A DNA stretch of 64,000 nt from assembly GCA_947465765.1 (NCBI GenBank), contig CANIAP010000003.1, positions 39,393 to 103,392 of the forward strand. The letters run 5' to 3'. Source of the DNA: a bacterium. GTDB lineage: Bacteria; Margulisbacteria; Marinamargulisbacteria; SXXA01. Made by a program: the position numbers and the translations under genes. Shown here one piece after another: positions 1 through 8,508 of this stretch; within the stretch, counting starts at the first letter, position 1; each line of letters begins with the position of its first letter. A model generated the notes under the pieces. That model was not told the origin of the DNA. It searched no databases and saw only the letters and a list, made by a program, of their open reading frames with translations.

Positions 1-44
1 AGGCCTTTGTCGGTGAGGAGTTTGTCTAAGCGTAGTTTTTGCAT
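1..44 (-). CDS. 5' end of an S4-domain protein, probably TlyA-family rRNA methyltransferase; runs off the window edge
   Basis: Reverse complement of 1-44 reads MQKLRLDKLLTDKGL, a typical S4/TlyA N-terminus; divergent from groES. Confidence 0.55.
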   Translation of the reverse strand, partial: MQKLRLDKLLTDKG

Positions 45-113
45 GGGGCGACCATTGTAAGGGGGTTAGGTGGATATCACTAGTCCATCTGAAAGAATCA
101 ATCTACATAAAGC

Positions 114-142
114 TAGACAGGGGGTCGCGGGCTGGTTAAAAT
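114..142 (+). promoter_or_regulatory. Putative sigma70 promoter of groESL
   Basis: TAGACA (114-119), 17-nt spacer, TAAAAT (137-142), immediately upstream of the CIRCE. Confidence 0.55.
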
Positions 143-150
143 AACCCAAG

Positions 151-177
151 TTAGCACTCGGCCTAATAGAGTGCTAA
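151..177 (+). promoter_or_regulatory. CIRCE element (HrcA operator)
   Basis: Exact TTAGCACTC-N9-GAGTGCTAA upstream of groES. Confidence 0.97.
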
Positions 178-208
178 ACAATGAATTAGAATTTGAAAGG
201 AGTCAGAT

Positions 209-505
209 ATGAGCAAAATCAACTATGCACCTCTGGGTGACCGAGTAATTGTTGAGCCTCAATCGGCTGAACAAACAACAAAATTCGGGATCGTTATTCC
301 TGATACTGCCCAAGAAAAACCCCAAAGTGGTGTGGTTATTGCGGTAGGCCCTGGCCGAGTTACTGATGATGGCAAAAGTCTTCCTGTTAACGTTAAAGAA
401 GGCGATGTTGTTATTTTTGCAAAGTATGGCGGAACTGAACTAAAGGTAGACGGAACTGGATACTTGATCGTTCGCGAAGCTGATATTTTGGCTGTAAAGA
501 ACTAA
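209..505 (+). CDS. groES: Co-chaperonin GroES
   Basis: [32 protein letters not shown] motifs; RBS AAGGAG. Confidence 0.99.
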   Translation: MSKINYAPLGDRVIVEPQSAEQTTKFGIVIPDTAQEKPQSGVVIAVGPGRVTDDGKSLPVNVKEGDVVIFAKYGGTELKVDGTGYLIVREADILAVKN

Positions 506-527
506 AACCAAGGAGGATAAGACGATT

Positions 528-2165
528 ATGGGAGCTAAACAACTTAAGTATTCAGATGATGCATGGCGCGCGTTGGCCGAAGGGATTCGCAAAGTAGCGG
601 ATGCCGTAGGTAGCACATTGGGCCCGAACGGAAACAATGTCGTTCTTGAAAAGAAATGGGGATCGCCAACGATCACTAATGACGGCGTTACCATTGCAAA
701 AGAAATTGAATTAGAAGATCCGTTCGAAAATATGGGTGCTCAGCTTCTTAAAGAAGTGGCATCAAAGACCAACGATGTTGCTGGAGACGGAACCACCACC
801 GCCACTATTCTGGGCGCGGCAATTTTCCGTGAAGGACTCAAAAACGTGGTTGCTGGAGCGAACGCGATTTACTTGAAAAAAGGAATCGAAAAGGCCGTTA
901 AGGTAGTCGTCGAAGGACTTAGCCAAAATAGCCATAAAGTGGAAACCAAAGAAGCCATCGCACAAGTTGCGTCGATTTCTGCAAACAATGACGACGAAAT
1001 TGGTAACTTGATTGCCGCCGCTATGGATAAGGTTGGAAAAGACGGTGTTATCACTGTTGAAGAGTCCAAGGGTACTGAAACCGAACTTGATTTGGTTGAA
1101 GGTATGCAAATCGATAAAGGCTACGTTTCTCCTTATATGATCACTGATAAAGAGCGCATGGAAGCGTCATTGGACGATGCGTTTATCTTGATCACTGATA
1201 AGAAGGTTTCAGCCATTAAAGATCTTCTTCCAGTTCTTGAAAAAGTAGTTCAAGCAGGTCGGGGTTTGGTCATTATCGCTGAAGATATCGAAGGCGAAGC
1301 ATTGGCAACATTAGTGGTTAACCGTCTTCGTGGGACGATTAATTGTTTGGCGATCAAGGCCCCTGGATTTGGTGACCGTCGGAAAGCCATGTTGGAAGAC
1401 ATCGCTATTTTGACCGGTGCAGAAGTGATTTCTGACGAAAAGGGATTGACCCTAGAATCAGCAACGCTTGAGCAATTGGGCAAAGCAGCAAAAGTGAAAT
1501 CGACTAAAGAAAACACAACTATTGTTCAAGGCAAAGGAAGTGCGGAGAAGATTCAAGCTCGGGTGAAAGAAATCCGAAATGAAATCGAACTTTCTGATTC
1601 ATCATACGATAAAGAAAAGCTTCAGGAGCGTTTGGCGAAGTTGTCCGGTGGAGTTGCGGTTATTAAAGTGGGCGCGGCTACTGAAACTGAGCTGAAAGAA
1701 AAGAAATTCCGAGTTGAAGACGCATTATCTGCAACCCGCGCTGCGGTTGAAGAAGGTATTGTGGCCGGCGGCGGAACGTCGTTGATCAACTTGATCCCTG
1801 CACTCGAAGCTGAAATCGCTAAAGAGACAGGCGAAATCAAAATCGGTATGCAATTGGTGGCCAAGGCATTGGAAATTCCATTGCGCCAAATTGCAACCAA
1901 CAGTGGGGTTGAAGCCTCTGTTGTTATCGATAAAGTAAAGAACAGCCCAATCGGTGTTGGATTCAACGCACGAACAGGACAGTTTGAAGACATGATCAAA
2001 GCCGGTGTGGTGGATCCTTCCAAGGTAACCCGTACTGCACTGCAAAATGCAGCATCCATCGTTAGCTTGTTGCTTACGACCGATGTGTTGATTGCAGATA
2101 AGCCAGATGACAGAAAAGAATCCCCAGCTCACGCAGGTGGTGGCATGGGTGGAATGGACTATTAA
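528..2165 (+). CDS. groEL: Chaperonin GroEL
   Basis: [23 protein letters not shown]-terminal tail; 545 aa; RBS AGGAGG. Confidence 0.99.
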   Translation: MGAKQLKYSDDAWRALAEGIRKVADAVGSTLGPNGNNVVLEKKWGSPTITNDGVTIAKEIELEDPFENMGAQLLKEVASKTNDVAGDGTTTATILGAAIFREGLKNVVAGANAIYLKKGIEKAVKVVVEGLSQNSHKVETKEAIAQVASISANNDDEIGNLIAAAMDKVGKDGVITVEESKGTETELDLVEGMQIDKGYVSPYMITDKERMEASLDDAFILITDKKVSAIKDLLPVLEKVVQAGRGLVIIAEDIEGEALATLVVNRLRGTINCLAIKAPGFGDRRKAMLEDIAILTGAEVISDEKGLTLESATLEQLGKAAKVKSTKENTTIVQGKGSAEKIQARVKEIRNEIELSDSSYDKEKLQERLAKLSGGVAVIKVGAATETELKEKKFRVEDALSATRAAVEEGIVAGGGTSLINLIPALEAEIAKETGEIKIGMQLVAKALEIPLRQIATNSGVEASVVIDKVKNSPIGVGFNARTGQFEDMIKAGVVDPSKVTRTALQNAASIVSLLLTTDVLIADKPDDRKESPAHAGGGMGGMDY

Positions 2166-2255
2166 TTAGAGTTGTTTCACTTTGCTTCGCAAAGGTGAAA
2201 CGCGGTCGGACTGGCAAAGCCAACTCCTCCCTTAGGCCGCAGGCGCTTTAGTTTT

Positions 2256-2290
2256 AAAAAGGCCAGCAGTGATGCTGGCCTTTTTTTTTT
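2256..2290 (+). terminator. Rho-independent terminator of groESL, potentially bidirectional
   Basis: A5-GGCCAGCA-gtga-TGCTGGCC-T10. Confidence 0.95.
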
Positions 2291-2363
2291 GTTGGCTCAG
2301 TAAAAATGAGGCTATTTGTATTCTTGTTGACCGTACTCCATATTTATCGGATACTTATGGAGT

Positions 2364-3614
2364 ATGACCCATGAACATCAGTTTGATCGAATCCTTAATC
2401 CGAACTTGTCCCGAAGTTTTGTTATTTTTGGGCCTCGGGGTGCCGGGAAATCTACTTTTTTAAAGACGCTTTTAAAAGAGAAGTCAACGCTTGCGTATGA
2501 CCTACTGGATCCCAATCTTGACGATGAATTCCAACGTAACCCCAACGCATTAACGCAGAGGATTATGGCAGCTGTAGCGAATACTCCATTAAATCAATCC
2601 GCAATTGAATGGATTGTGATCGACGAAATTCAAAAAAACCCGAAGCTTTTGGATATTGTGCAGCATCTTATCGATACAACATCGCTTAAATTTGCCCTTA
2701 CGGGGTCCAGTGCCCGAAAGTTGAAGCATGGCAGTGCCAATTTGTTGGCTGGGCGGGCCCTACGCTATTCGTTGTTTCCATTAACATTGTTTGAATATGA
2801 CGGTCGGTTTGATTTGGATGTTGCATTGGCCTGGGGAACTTTGCCGGAGATATATCATTTAAACGACGACGAATTGCGATCGGATTATTTACGGACGTAT
2901 GCACTGACCTATCTTAAAGAGGAAATTTGGGCAGAGCATATTGTTCGCAATCTGGATCCATTTCGCAAATTCCTTGAAATTGCGGCGCAAAGCAACGGAG
3001 AAATTATTAATTACTCCAATATTGGCCGTGATGTTAGGGCAGATACAAAAACAGTCCAATCTTATTTCGATATTTTGGACGATACTCTTCTCGGCTTTTA
3101 CTTAGAGGCATACGATCATTCAGTCCGAAAGCAGCAGCGCCAAAATCCTAAATTTTATTTGTTTGATATGGGGGTTAAGCGAGCGTTGGAACGGCAGCTT
3201 ACACAAACCATATTGTCTGGATCTTATGGGTACGGGAAGGCATTTGAACATTTTATAATTGCTGAGATCTATCGCCTAAATGAGTATTTAAAGATGGATT
3301 TTAAGCTATCGTATTTGCGGACAAAAGATCAGGCTGAAATAGATTTGATTATCGAACACCCGAATCGTACGGTGGTTTTGGTGGAGATTAAGTCGACGGA
3401 ACAGGTTGATGAGCGTGATGCCAAGACATTGCAACGATTTTTACCTGATTTTCCTGGGGCTGTGGCACTTTTGATTTCAAGGGATATGGTTTCCAGGCAA
3501 ATTGGAGATGTCAAAGCCTTGCCTTGGCAAGACGCGTTATTTGCACTCTTTCCAGAAGGGTTAAAGCGATACATTGTAAAAACAGACTCTGACGGTCCCC
3601 CTGCGGTTACTTGA
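2364..3614 (+). CDS. AAA_14 ATPase with C-terminal DUF4143 (PD-(D/E)XK-like) domain
   Basis: Walker A GPRGAGKS, Walker B IVIDEIQK, LTGSS, LAGR, C-terminal EIDLI...VEIK. Confidence 0.88.
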   Translation: MTHEHQFDRILNPNLSRSFVIFGPRGAGKSTFLKTLLKEKSTLAYDLLDPNLDDEFQRNPNALTQRIMAAVANTPLNQSAIEWIVIDEIQKNPKLLDIVQHLIDTTSLKFALTGSSARKLKHGSANLLAGRALRYSLFPLTLFEYDGRFDLDVALAWGTLPEIYHLNDDELRSDYLRTYALTYLKEEIWAEHIVRNLDPFRKFLEIAAQSNGEIINYSNIGRDVRADTKTVQSYFDILDDTLLGFYLEAYDHSVRKQQRQNPKFYLFDMGVKRALERQLTQTILSGSYGYGKAFEHFIIAEIYRLNEYLKMDFKLSYLRTKDQAEIDLIIEHPNRTVVLVEIKSTEQVDERDAKTLQRFLPDFPGAVALLISRDMVSRQIGDVKALPWQDALFALFPEGLKRYIVKTDSDGPPAVT

Positions 3615-4326
3615 TCGCCAAAAACCCCTCAAAACACACATATTTCATCACGGTCATGACGTCGACAAACCCAGCGCGTTTGAGGAGATCCAGGTTGCCT
3701 TGGGTGGAGAACGGTTCCAACACCCCTTTGAGGCTGCGTGTTTTGCTGATGATCTCGTCGGGGGAGTAGCCGTTTTTGAGCTTGAAGTCGGTGTACAGCG
3801 TGGTGGCGATGTCTTGAAAGCGGGCATCTGCGCCTCGGACTTTTTCAAATAAAATCAGTGCACCGCCCCAGTTGAGGGCGTTATAGAGTTTGGTCAGGAG
3901 TTCTTGGCGGCGATGGGGTGGGACGAATTGAATGGTGTAGTACGCGACGATGAGATCTGTTTTTTCGTACTCAATTGAGCCGCAGTCATCCTGGGTAAAT
4001 GAGAGGTTGGGGATCGTATGGGAGTCGGTTGCCTTCTGGACCATGTCGATTTCGGAGTCGATACCGACCCATCGGACATTGGGCTTATTGACGTGATGGG
4101 TGGCCAGTTTTGCGGTTAATTCGCCAACCGACGATCCGATGTCGTAGCAGGTGGAATTGTCTCTGACGAAAAAGTCACTGAGCTCGCAGACGAGTTGGTG
4201 GCCTTCGTCGTAAAGGGGGACGGAGGTTCGGATGTGGTCGCTAAATTGATGGGCGGTTTCACCGGAGAAGGTCCATCCGGCATTGGGGGCGGTGAGGCCA
4301 TTTCCGACATTGGGGGGATTGGACAT
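3607..4326 (-). CDS. CmoA-like class I SAM-dependent methyltransferase / carboxy-SAM synthase family
   Basis: F..HIRTSVP.Y, YDIGSSVG, YYTIQF, GGALILFEK motifs; start moved to ATG 4326 because the longer ORF begins inside the palindrome. Confidence 0.8.
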   Translation of the reverse strand: MSNPPNVGNGLTAPNAGWTFSGETAHQFSDHIRTSVPLYDEGHQLVCELSDFFVRDNSTCYDIGSSVGELTAKLATHHVNKPNVRWVGIDSEIDMVQKATDSHTIPNLSFTQDDCGSIEYEKTDLIVAYYTIQFVPPHRRQELLTKLYNALNWGGALILFEKVRGADARFQDIATTLYTDFKLKNGYSPDEIISKTRSLKGVLEPFSTQGNLDLLKRAGFVDVMTVMKYVCFEGFLAIK

Positions 4327-4369
4327 GGTGGGGTATTCCTTTGGGGTATCGTTTTGTGGGGTTTCACTT

Positions 4370-4416
4370 CCCCTCTCTACCCACAAAGTGGGTGGAGAGG
4401 GGGCCGGCGGGTGAGG
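4370..4416. repeat. REP/MITE-like palindromic element
   Basis: 15-bp stem CCCCTCTCTACCCAC-aaa-GTGGGTGGAGAGGGG (one G-T pair) followed by GGGTGAGG. Confidence 0.75.
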
Positions 4417-4505
4417 TGAACATCGAAATCGACAAATTAAAGTTTGAGTATAGTGTAAACTGGGTACTTATTGGAGTTGCGTGTCTGGGATTGGGAGGAA
4501 ATATA

Positions 4506-6089
4506 TTGAATATTAACCCAGCCATTGGCGGTGGGTTTCCTGGGCAAGGGGTGCCTCGATCTGCTTCTACCGGCAAATCAACATCCGTTCCAGGGGGATC
4601 CTCGCTTGCTCAAGTGGGGGGATCGGGTTCTATCGCCGATTTCGCTATGCGTCCTCCATCTATGCCGGCTATTACCCAAGTTAGACCGCCATCCGGTCCG
4701 GGGGGTGCGCTCAGCACGGTTGAAGAACGGATAAAAGGGTTAGCGGATATCCTCGAAACATCCGGTATTTTTTCTGGGGTGATTTTGGTTCAGGAGGGAA
4801 CTCGGGAGCCTGCAATTTTTCCGGTCAGTTCAGATCAGACGCTAAGCCGTACAACCCCATTTAATATTTGTTCCGGTGGGAAAATGTTTACATCGGTGGC
4901 GATTCACCAATTGGCGGAGGCGCATGGGAGTGGGGGTGACGTGAATCAATTTCTGGACCAGCCGCTGTCGACGATTTTGACTGACGTCGATATTCAGGGA
5001 CTAGAATTTCCGGAGATGCCGTCGGGAGCCCTTAAGTCGTTGTCAGAACTCGGGGTGGCGGCGGAAGCGCTGAATGGACTGAAGTCGGTAACGATTCGGA
5101 GTCTTCTCAACCATACCTCCGGGGTTAAAGGTGGATTTTTTCAAGAGAGTGACCAAGGGAGGGGTCCATTGTTTGATCCATCTTTGGTTGGAAAGCATGT
5201 TTATTCAAACGTGGGATATAGTTTGCTGGGAGCAGTAGTTGAGAAATTATCGTCAAAGCCAGTTAACCAGTATATTCAGGAGATGTTGGAAAAAAATGGG
5301 ATTCTTGTGACTTCTAGTGATACCCCACTGGAGGATTCTCGTGGAATGGGTGGCCAGGTAATTTCTCCTTCGGGGTTAGCTCCAATCGCTGATATGCCGG
5401 CGCCAACAGATGCGTCTGGCGGATGGATTATGGACGCGGAAAATATGAGTCAATTTTTAGGGGCTGTTCACAGCGGAGCATTTTTTACATCGCCGGAGAC
5501 CACCCGCTCCGCCATGTTTTCCAACTCATCAGAGGCTAATCGGAACTATGCGTCCGGGTTTGATCGAAAGCAAGAAGGTCAATATATGATCACGGGCCAT
5601 ACCGGCTCATTTCCAGGACAGGGGTCTCAGAATTTTGTGGTTGAAAATACAGCAGATCATACTGTGACTCGGTTTGTGGTATTGCATAATAGCCCCCCTC
5701 GTCTCGGGATAAGGGATCTATTGGATGCCTTAAAAGGCGAGGTCGGCGAGACATTTTCGGCTAAGATTAATCGAGGTAAAGAGCGGGGCCTCATTGATCA
5801 TTATCTGAAGACTGGGGATATCGGGAACTCAATCGCAGCGACGAAAATATTTTTTGGAACGTACGAAAATCAGCCATCTGATCATATGACAGAGGTGAGA
5901 CATAAGGTTGGCACAAAACTCGTGAAGCATCTTCGGGATGCAGGGACGGGCGCCATTGATCGTGGGCAATTGGTGCAAGTACAGGAATGGCTCACCGATC
6001 CACTTAACGATTTTGCGAAATCGGATGTGAGTCCCTCTAGAGTCGAGGCGGCAACTCAGTGGATTTCCGATAAATTATCAGATATTTAG
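4506..6089 (+). CDS. Serine hydrolase (beta-lactamase class C/PBP-like fold) with low-complexity N-terminus
   Basis: SxxK (CSGGK), YSN (YSNVGY.LLG), GHTG motifs; TTG 4506 lies 7 nt after GGAGG. Confidence 0.8.
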   Translation: MNINPAIGGGFPGQGVPRSASTGKSTSVPGGSSLAQVGGSGSIADFAMRPPSMPAITQVRPPSGPGGALSTVEERIKGLADILETSGIFSGVILVQEGTREPAIFPVSSDQTLSRTTPFNICSGGKMFTSVAIHQLAEAHGSGGDVNQFLDQPLSTILTDVDIQGLEFPEMPSGALKSLSELGVAAEALNGLKSVTIRSLLNHTSGVKGGFFQESDQGRGPLFDPSLVGKHVYSNVGYSLLGAVVEKLSSKPVNQYIQEMLEKNGILVTSSDTPLEDSRGMGGQVISPSGLAPIADMPAPTDASGGWIMDAENMSQFLGAVHSGAFFTSPETTRSAMFSNSSEANRNYASGFDRKQEGQYMITGHTGSFPGQGSQNFVVENTADHTVTRFVVLHNSPPRLGIRDLLDALKGEVGETFSAKINRGKERGLIDHYLKTGDIGNSIAATKIFFGTYENQPSDHMTEVRHKVGTKLVKHLRDAGTGAIDRGQLVQVQEWLTDPLNDFAKSDVSPSRVEAATQWISDKLSDI

Positions 6090-6108
6090 GGAAGAATTTA
6101 AATCGCCG

Positions 6109-6136
6109 CCGAAAAAATCCGTTCCGCGGTGGCCTC
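6109..6136. repeat. 28-bp direct repeat, copy 1 (displaced pgeF 3' end)
   Basis: CCGAAAAAATCCGTTCCGCGGTGGCCTC, identical to 6817-6844. Confidence 0.97.
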
Positions 6137-6143
6137 TTTTTGC

Positions 6144-6473
6144 TTAGTTAGCGAGTGCTCTTTGAACGACATCGGGGGCATATTCCACGACCCTTAAAAA
6201 ATTCCTAGACGTCGCATTGGGTCGTTTTCGATGCTGTTCCCATTCCTGAATTGTACGTTTACTAACCCCAAAAAAAATTGCGAATTTTTCTTGTGATAAA
6301 TGAAGCTTAGTGCGTATTTCCCGAACATCAATTTCTTGAACTGGCTTTACGCGTTTGAATTGTGAAAGTTCGTAATCAGACAGTAGTGGGGCATCTGGAT
6401 CTGACTTGGCGGCCAGCTCAATTTCGGAGTCAGTCATTTTTTTCAATGCAGCCCAATCCGTTTTATCGTTCAT
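6144..6473 (-). CDS. Antitoxin: BrnA-like N-terminus plus XRE/HigA-type HTH
   Basis: TDWAALKKMTDSEI...DPDA followed by IRTKLHLSQEKFA.FFGVSKRTIQEWEQ.RKRP; overlaps toxin stop by 11 nt. Confidence 0.85.
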   Translation of the reverse strand: MNDKTDWAALKKMTDSEIELAAKSDPDAPLLSDYELSQFKRVKPVQEIDVREIRTKLHLSQEKFAIFFGVSKRTIQEWEQHRKRPNATSRNFLRVVEYAPDVVQRALAN

Positions 6474-6735
6474 ATTGTTTTCGTTCACTTTGACTAGCCC
6501 TCCTTGCTGAAATAATTCGCTTTTTGCGATCTCTTTTTGTCCAAACCACACAGATCACAATGATTATTTCTCCGTGAATGGCCCCTATTGTAATTCTTCG
6601 TAGCTCACCGTGGTTTTCGGACGACCATTCTAAACGGCTTGGATCATCAAGTGCCTGTGTAGCCAAAATAAAATCTATTTTATGCTTCTCGATATTGGAC
6701 AGTCGCTTTTTGTCATCCCACTCAAACGAGGTCAT
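6463..6735 (-). CDS. brnT: BrnT family ribonuclease toxin
   Basis: FEWDDKKRLSNIEKHKIDF and RIISARRA...ERKQY signatures; 90 aa. Confidence 0.9.
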   Translation of the reverse strand: MTSFEWDDKKRLSNIEKHKIDFILATQALDDPSRLEWSSENHGELRRITIGAIHGEIIIVICVVWTKRDRKKRIISARRASQSERKQYER

Positions 6736-6740
6736 TAGAA

Positions 6741-6780
6741 AATATACGCCGTTAGCGTATGTACGTCAATGGCGTATATT
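6741..6780 (-). promoter_or_regulatory. TA promoter embedded in an inverted-repeat operator
   Basis: Minus strand TTGACG-N17-TATATT; perfect 10-bp arms AATATACGCC/GGCGTATATT. Confidence 0.8.
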
Positions 6781-6805
6781 CCCGGATTTGTATGGTATTC
6801 AAACA

Positions 6806-7411
6806 TTACCGTACGCCCGAAAAAATCCGTTCCGCGGTGGCCTCCTTCCTGTACGAAAAAAACAAATCATTTCGACAGGACGTACAATATTCAGTGTCTA
6901 CAACCGTGACTCCGACGGGGCCAAATACGCTATGAAGTTGATCGAAATTGTGGCGGAATAGATCAAAATGAGCGTTGGCCACCGGGTCAATTTGATAGCA
7001 GGACTTGCAAATCCGAGGGCCAAACCAGGCATGGTAGCCATCGGCGTATCCCGACGCTTCGATTAACATTGCGGCGGTTTTCATTGTTATTTCTGATTCG
7101 GTGCCACGACGGCCAGCATGGATCGCCGCTTTCCATCCGCTGGGGTGGGTGATAATGACGGGGAGGCAATCGGCGGTTTTGATCAGCAACGTGGCCGGTT
7201 GATTCGAGATGATGGCATCGGTGTCGTCGATCCATAATGTCGATTTGGGGTGAACTGGGGTATCGACGATACGGACATTCGCCGAATGGGTTTGGTGCAT
7301 TCGAATGATTGTTGTGTAGGAGAGGTCCATTTGGGCCAATGCGGCGTCCAACGTGATGTGCCGTGTGGTCACAAAAATGCCGTTGGGGTACTGAAGTAAA
7401 TAGGGGGTCAT
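6806..7411 (-). CDS. pgeF: YfiH/PgeF polyphenol-oxidase-like (purine nucleoside phosphorylase) family protein
   Basis: HQTHS, TADCLPV, IHAGRRG, GPRICKSCY, FFSYR motifs. Confidence 0.9.
   Translation of the reverse strand: MTPYLLQYPNGIFVTTRHITLDAALAQMDLSYTTIIRMHQTHSANVRIVDTPVHPKSTLWIDDTDAIISNQPATLLIKTADCLPVIITHPSGWKAAIHAGRRGTESEITMKTAAMLIEASGYADGYHAWFGPRICKSCYQIDPVANAHFDLFRHNFDQLHSVFGPVGVTVVDTEYCTSCRNDLFFSYRKEATAERIFSGVR
6817..6844. repeat. 28-bp direct repeat, copy 2 (within pgeF)
   Basis: Identical to 6109-6136; encodes EATAERIFS on the minus strand. Confidence 0.97.
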
Positions 7412-8505
7412 GACTTTCTAGAATATCGTCTTCCGGCCCCAACATATACCCACCCTTTGAGCTCAAATAGTGTTAATACGGGGAGAAGTTGGTTCATCGG
7501 AATTCCGGTGATTTCCGACAGATCATCGATGGATCTATTGGGCTGTGCGAGTGCCGTCCACACCGCGTGTTCCGTCGGTTGCAGTTGGTCCACATTGGGG
7601 CCGATGGCGGGCATATGCGTCGGTAAGGTCGCCGTCGTTCTCGGGAGCGGGAGGCGATTGTATTCGCCGAGGATATCGTTCGGCGATGTGACACAGAAGG
7701 CGCCTTGTTTGATGAGTTGGTTCGGTCCTTGGGAGACGTCTGAAAAAATGGGCCCGGGGACCGCGAAAACGTCGCGATTTTGGGAAATAGCGTGGCCAGC
7801 TGTGCTCAATGCCCCGCTTTTTTCTCGGGCCTCCACGACGATGACGCCTCGGGCCATGCCACTGATTAAGCGGTTGCGTTGGGGGAATCGAAACGCCAAG
7901 CCATCGGTTCCTGGCGGGTACTCGGAGACGAGCGCGCCTTTTTCTTGAATACGTCGGCTCAGGACTTCGTTTTCCCTGGGGTAAATTTGGTCGATTCCGG
8001 TTCCCATGATGGCCACCGTGGTTCCATTTTGGGATACCGCCGTGGTGTGCGCTACCGTGTCGATCCCCTTTGCCATCCCGGACACAATACAAAAATAGGG
8101 GGTGAGGACCGATGTGATTTCGGCCGTGGCCCGTTTGCCGTAATCGGACATTCCTCGGGTGCCGACGATGGCCATCATGTCTTGTGACAACGCAGCCACT
8201 TGGCCCCGAACATAGAGCACCGGGGGGGCGTCGTCTATTTCCCTTAATAGCACCGGGTATTCGGGATGATGAGCCATCACGGTGACGACTTTCATTCGAT
8301 CTAGTTGGGTTCTAATGAGGTCCAAATTAAGGGTTTTCCAGCGTTGGGTGACCACCGGCTGGAATTTGCCTTGGATCTGGGAAATTAATACATGGCGATG
8401 CTCTTCGAGCTCGGCGACGGACGCGAAGAGGTCGTAGTATTGCCGGGCACGCCGGGGAGAGTCGTGAAATAGAACACTAAGGGCAAGCGCAAGGGCGTCT
8501 TTCAA
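7408..8505 (-). CDS. dprA: DNA-processing protein DprA
   Basis: AIVGTR, IVSGMAKGIDT.AH, RFPQRNRLISG, SGALSTA, C-terminal winged helix. Confidence 0.96.
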   Translation of the reverse strand: MKDALALALSVLFHDSPRRARQYYDLFASVAELEEHRHVLISQIQGKFQPVVTQRWKTLNLDLIRTQLDRMKVVTVMAHHPEYPVLLREIDDAPPVLYVRGQVAALSQDMMAIVGTRGMSDYGKRATAEITSVLTPYFCIVSGMAKGIDTVAHTTAVSQNGTTVAIMGTGIDQIYPRENEVLSRRIQEKGALVSEYPPGTDGLAFRFPQRNRLISGMARGVIVVEAREKSGALSTAGHAISQNRDVFAVPGPIFSDVSQGPNQLIKQGAFCVTSPNDILGEYNRLPLPRTTATLPTHMPAIGPNVDQLQPTEHAVWTALAQPNRSIDDLSEITGIPMNQLLPVLTLFELKGWVYVGAGRRYSRKS

Positions 8506-8508
8506 GGG

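Larger units (their letters stand above)
6109..6844 (-). mobile_element. 708-bp toxin-antitoxin mini-island bounded by att-like direct repeats; no integrase
   Basis: Repeat copies are 708 bp apart and enclose only the brnT-HTH operon and its promoter. Confidence 0.75.

Noticed and set aside
615-645. GroEL GPNGNNV instead of the usual GPKGRNV
   Set aside because: All other ATP-binding motifs are intact; treated as ordinary lineage divergence
4328-4365. Three loose TGGGGT(A/T)T units
   Set aside because: Too short and irregular for a CRISPR or iteron array; likely chance in G/T-rich DNA
4341-4505. Longer N-terminus of the serine hydrolase ORF (and 4327-4386 for the methyltransferase)
   Set aside because: Both extensions run through the palindromic repeat; better starts exist (TTG 4506 with GGAGG, and ATG 4326)
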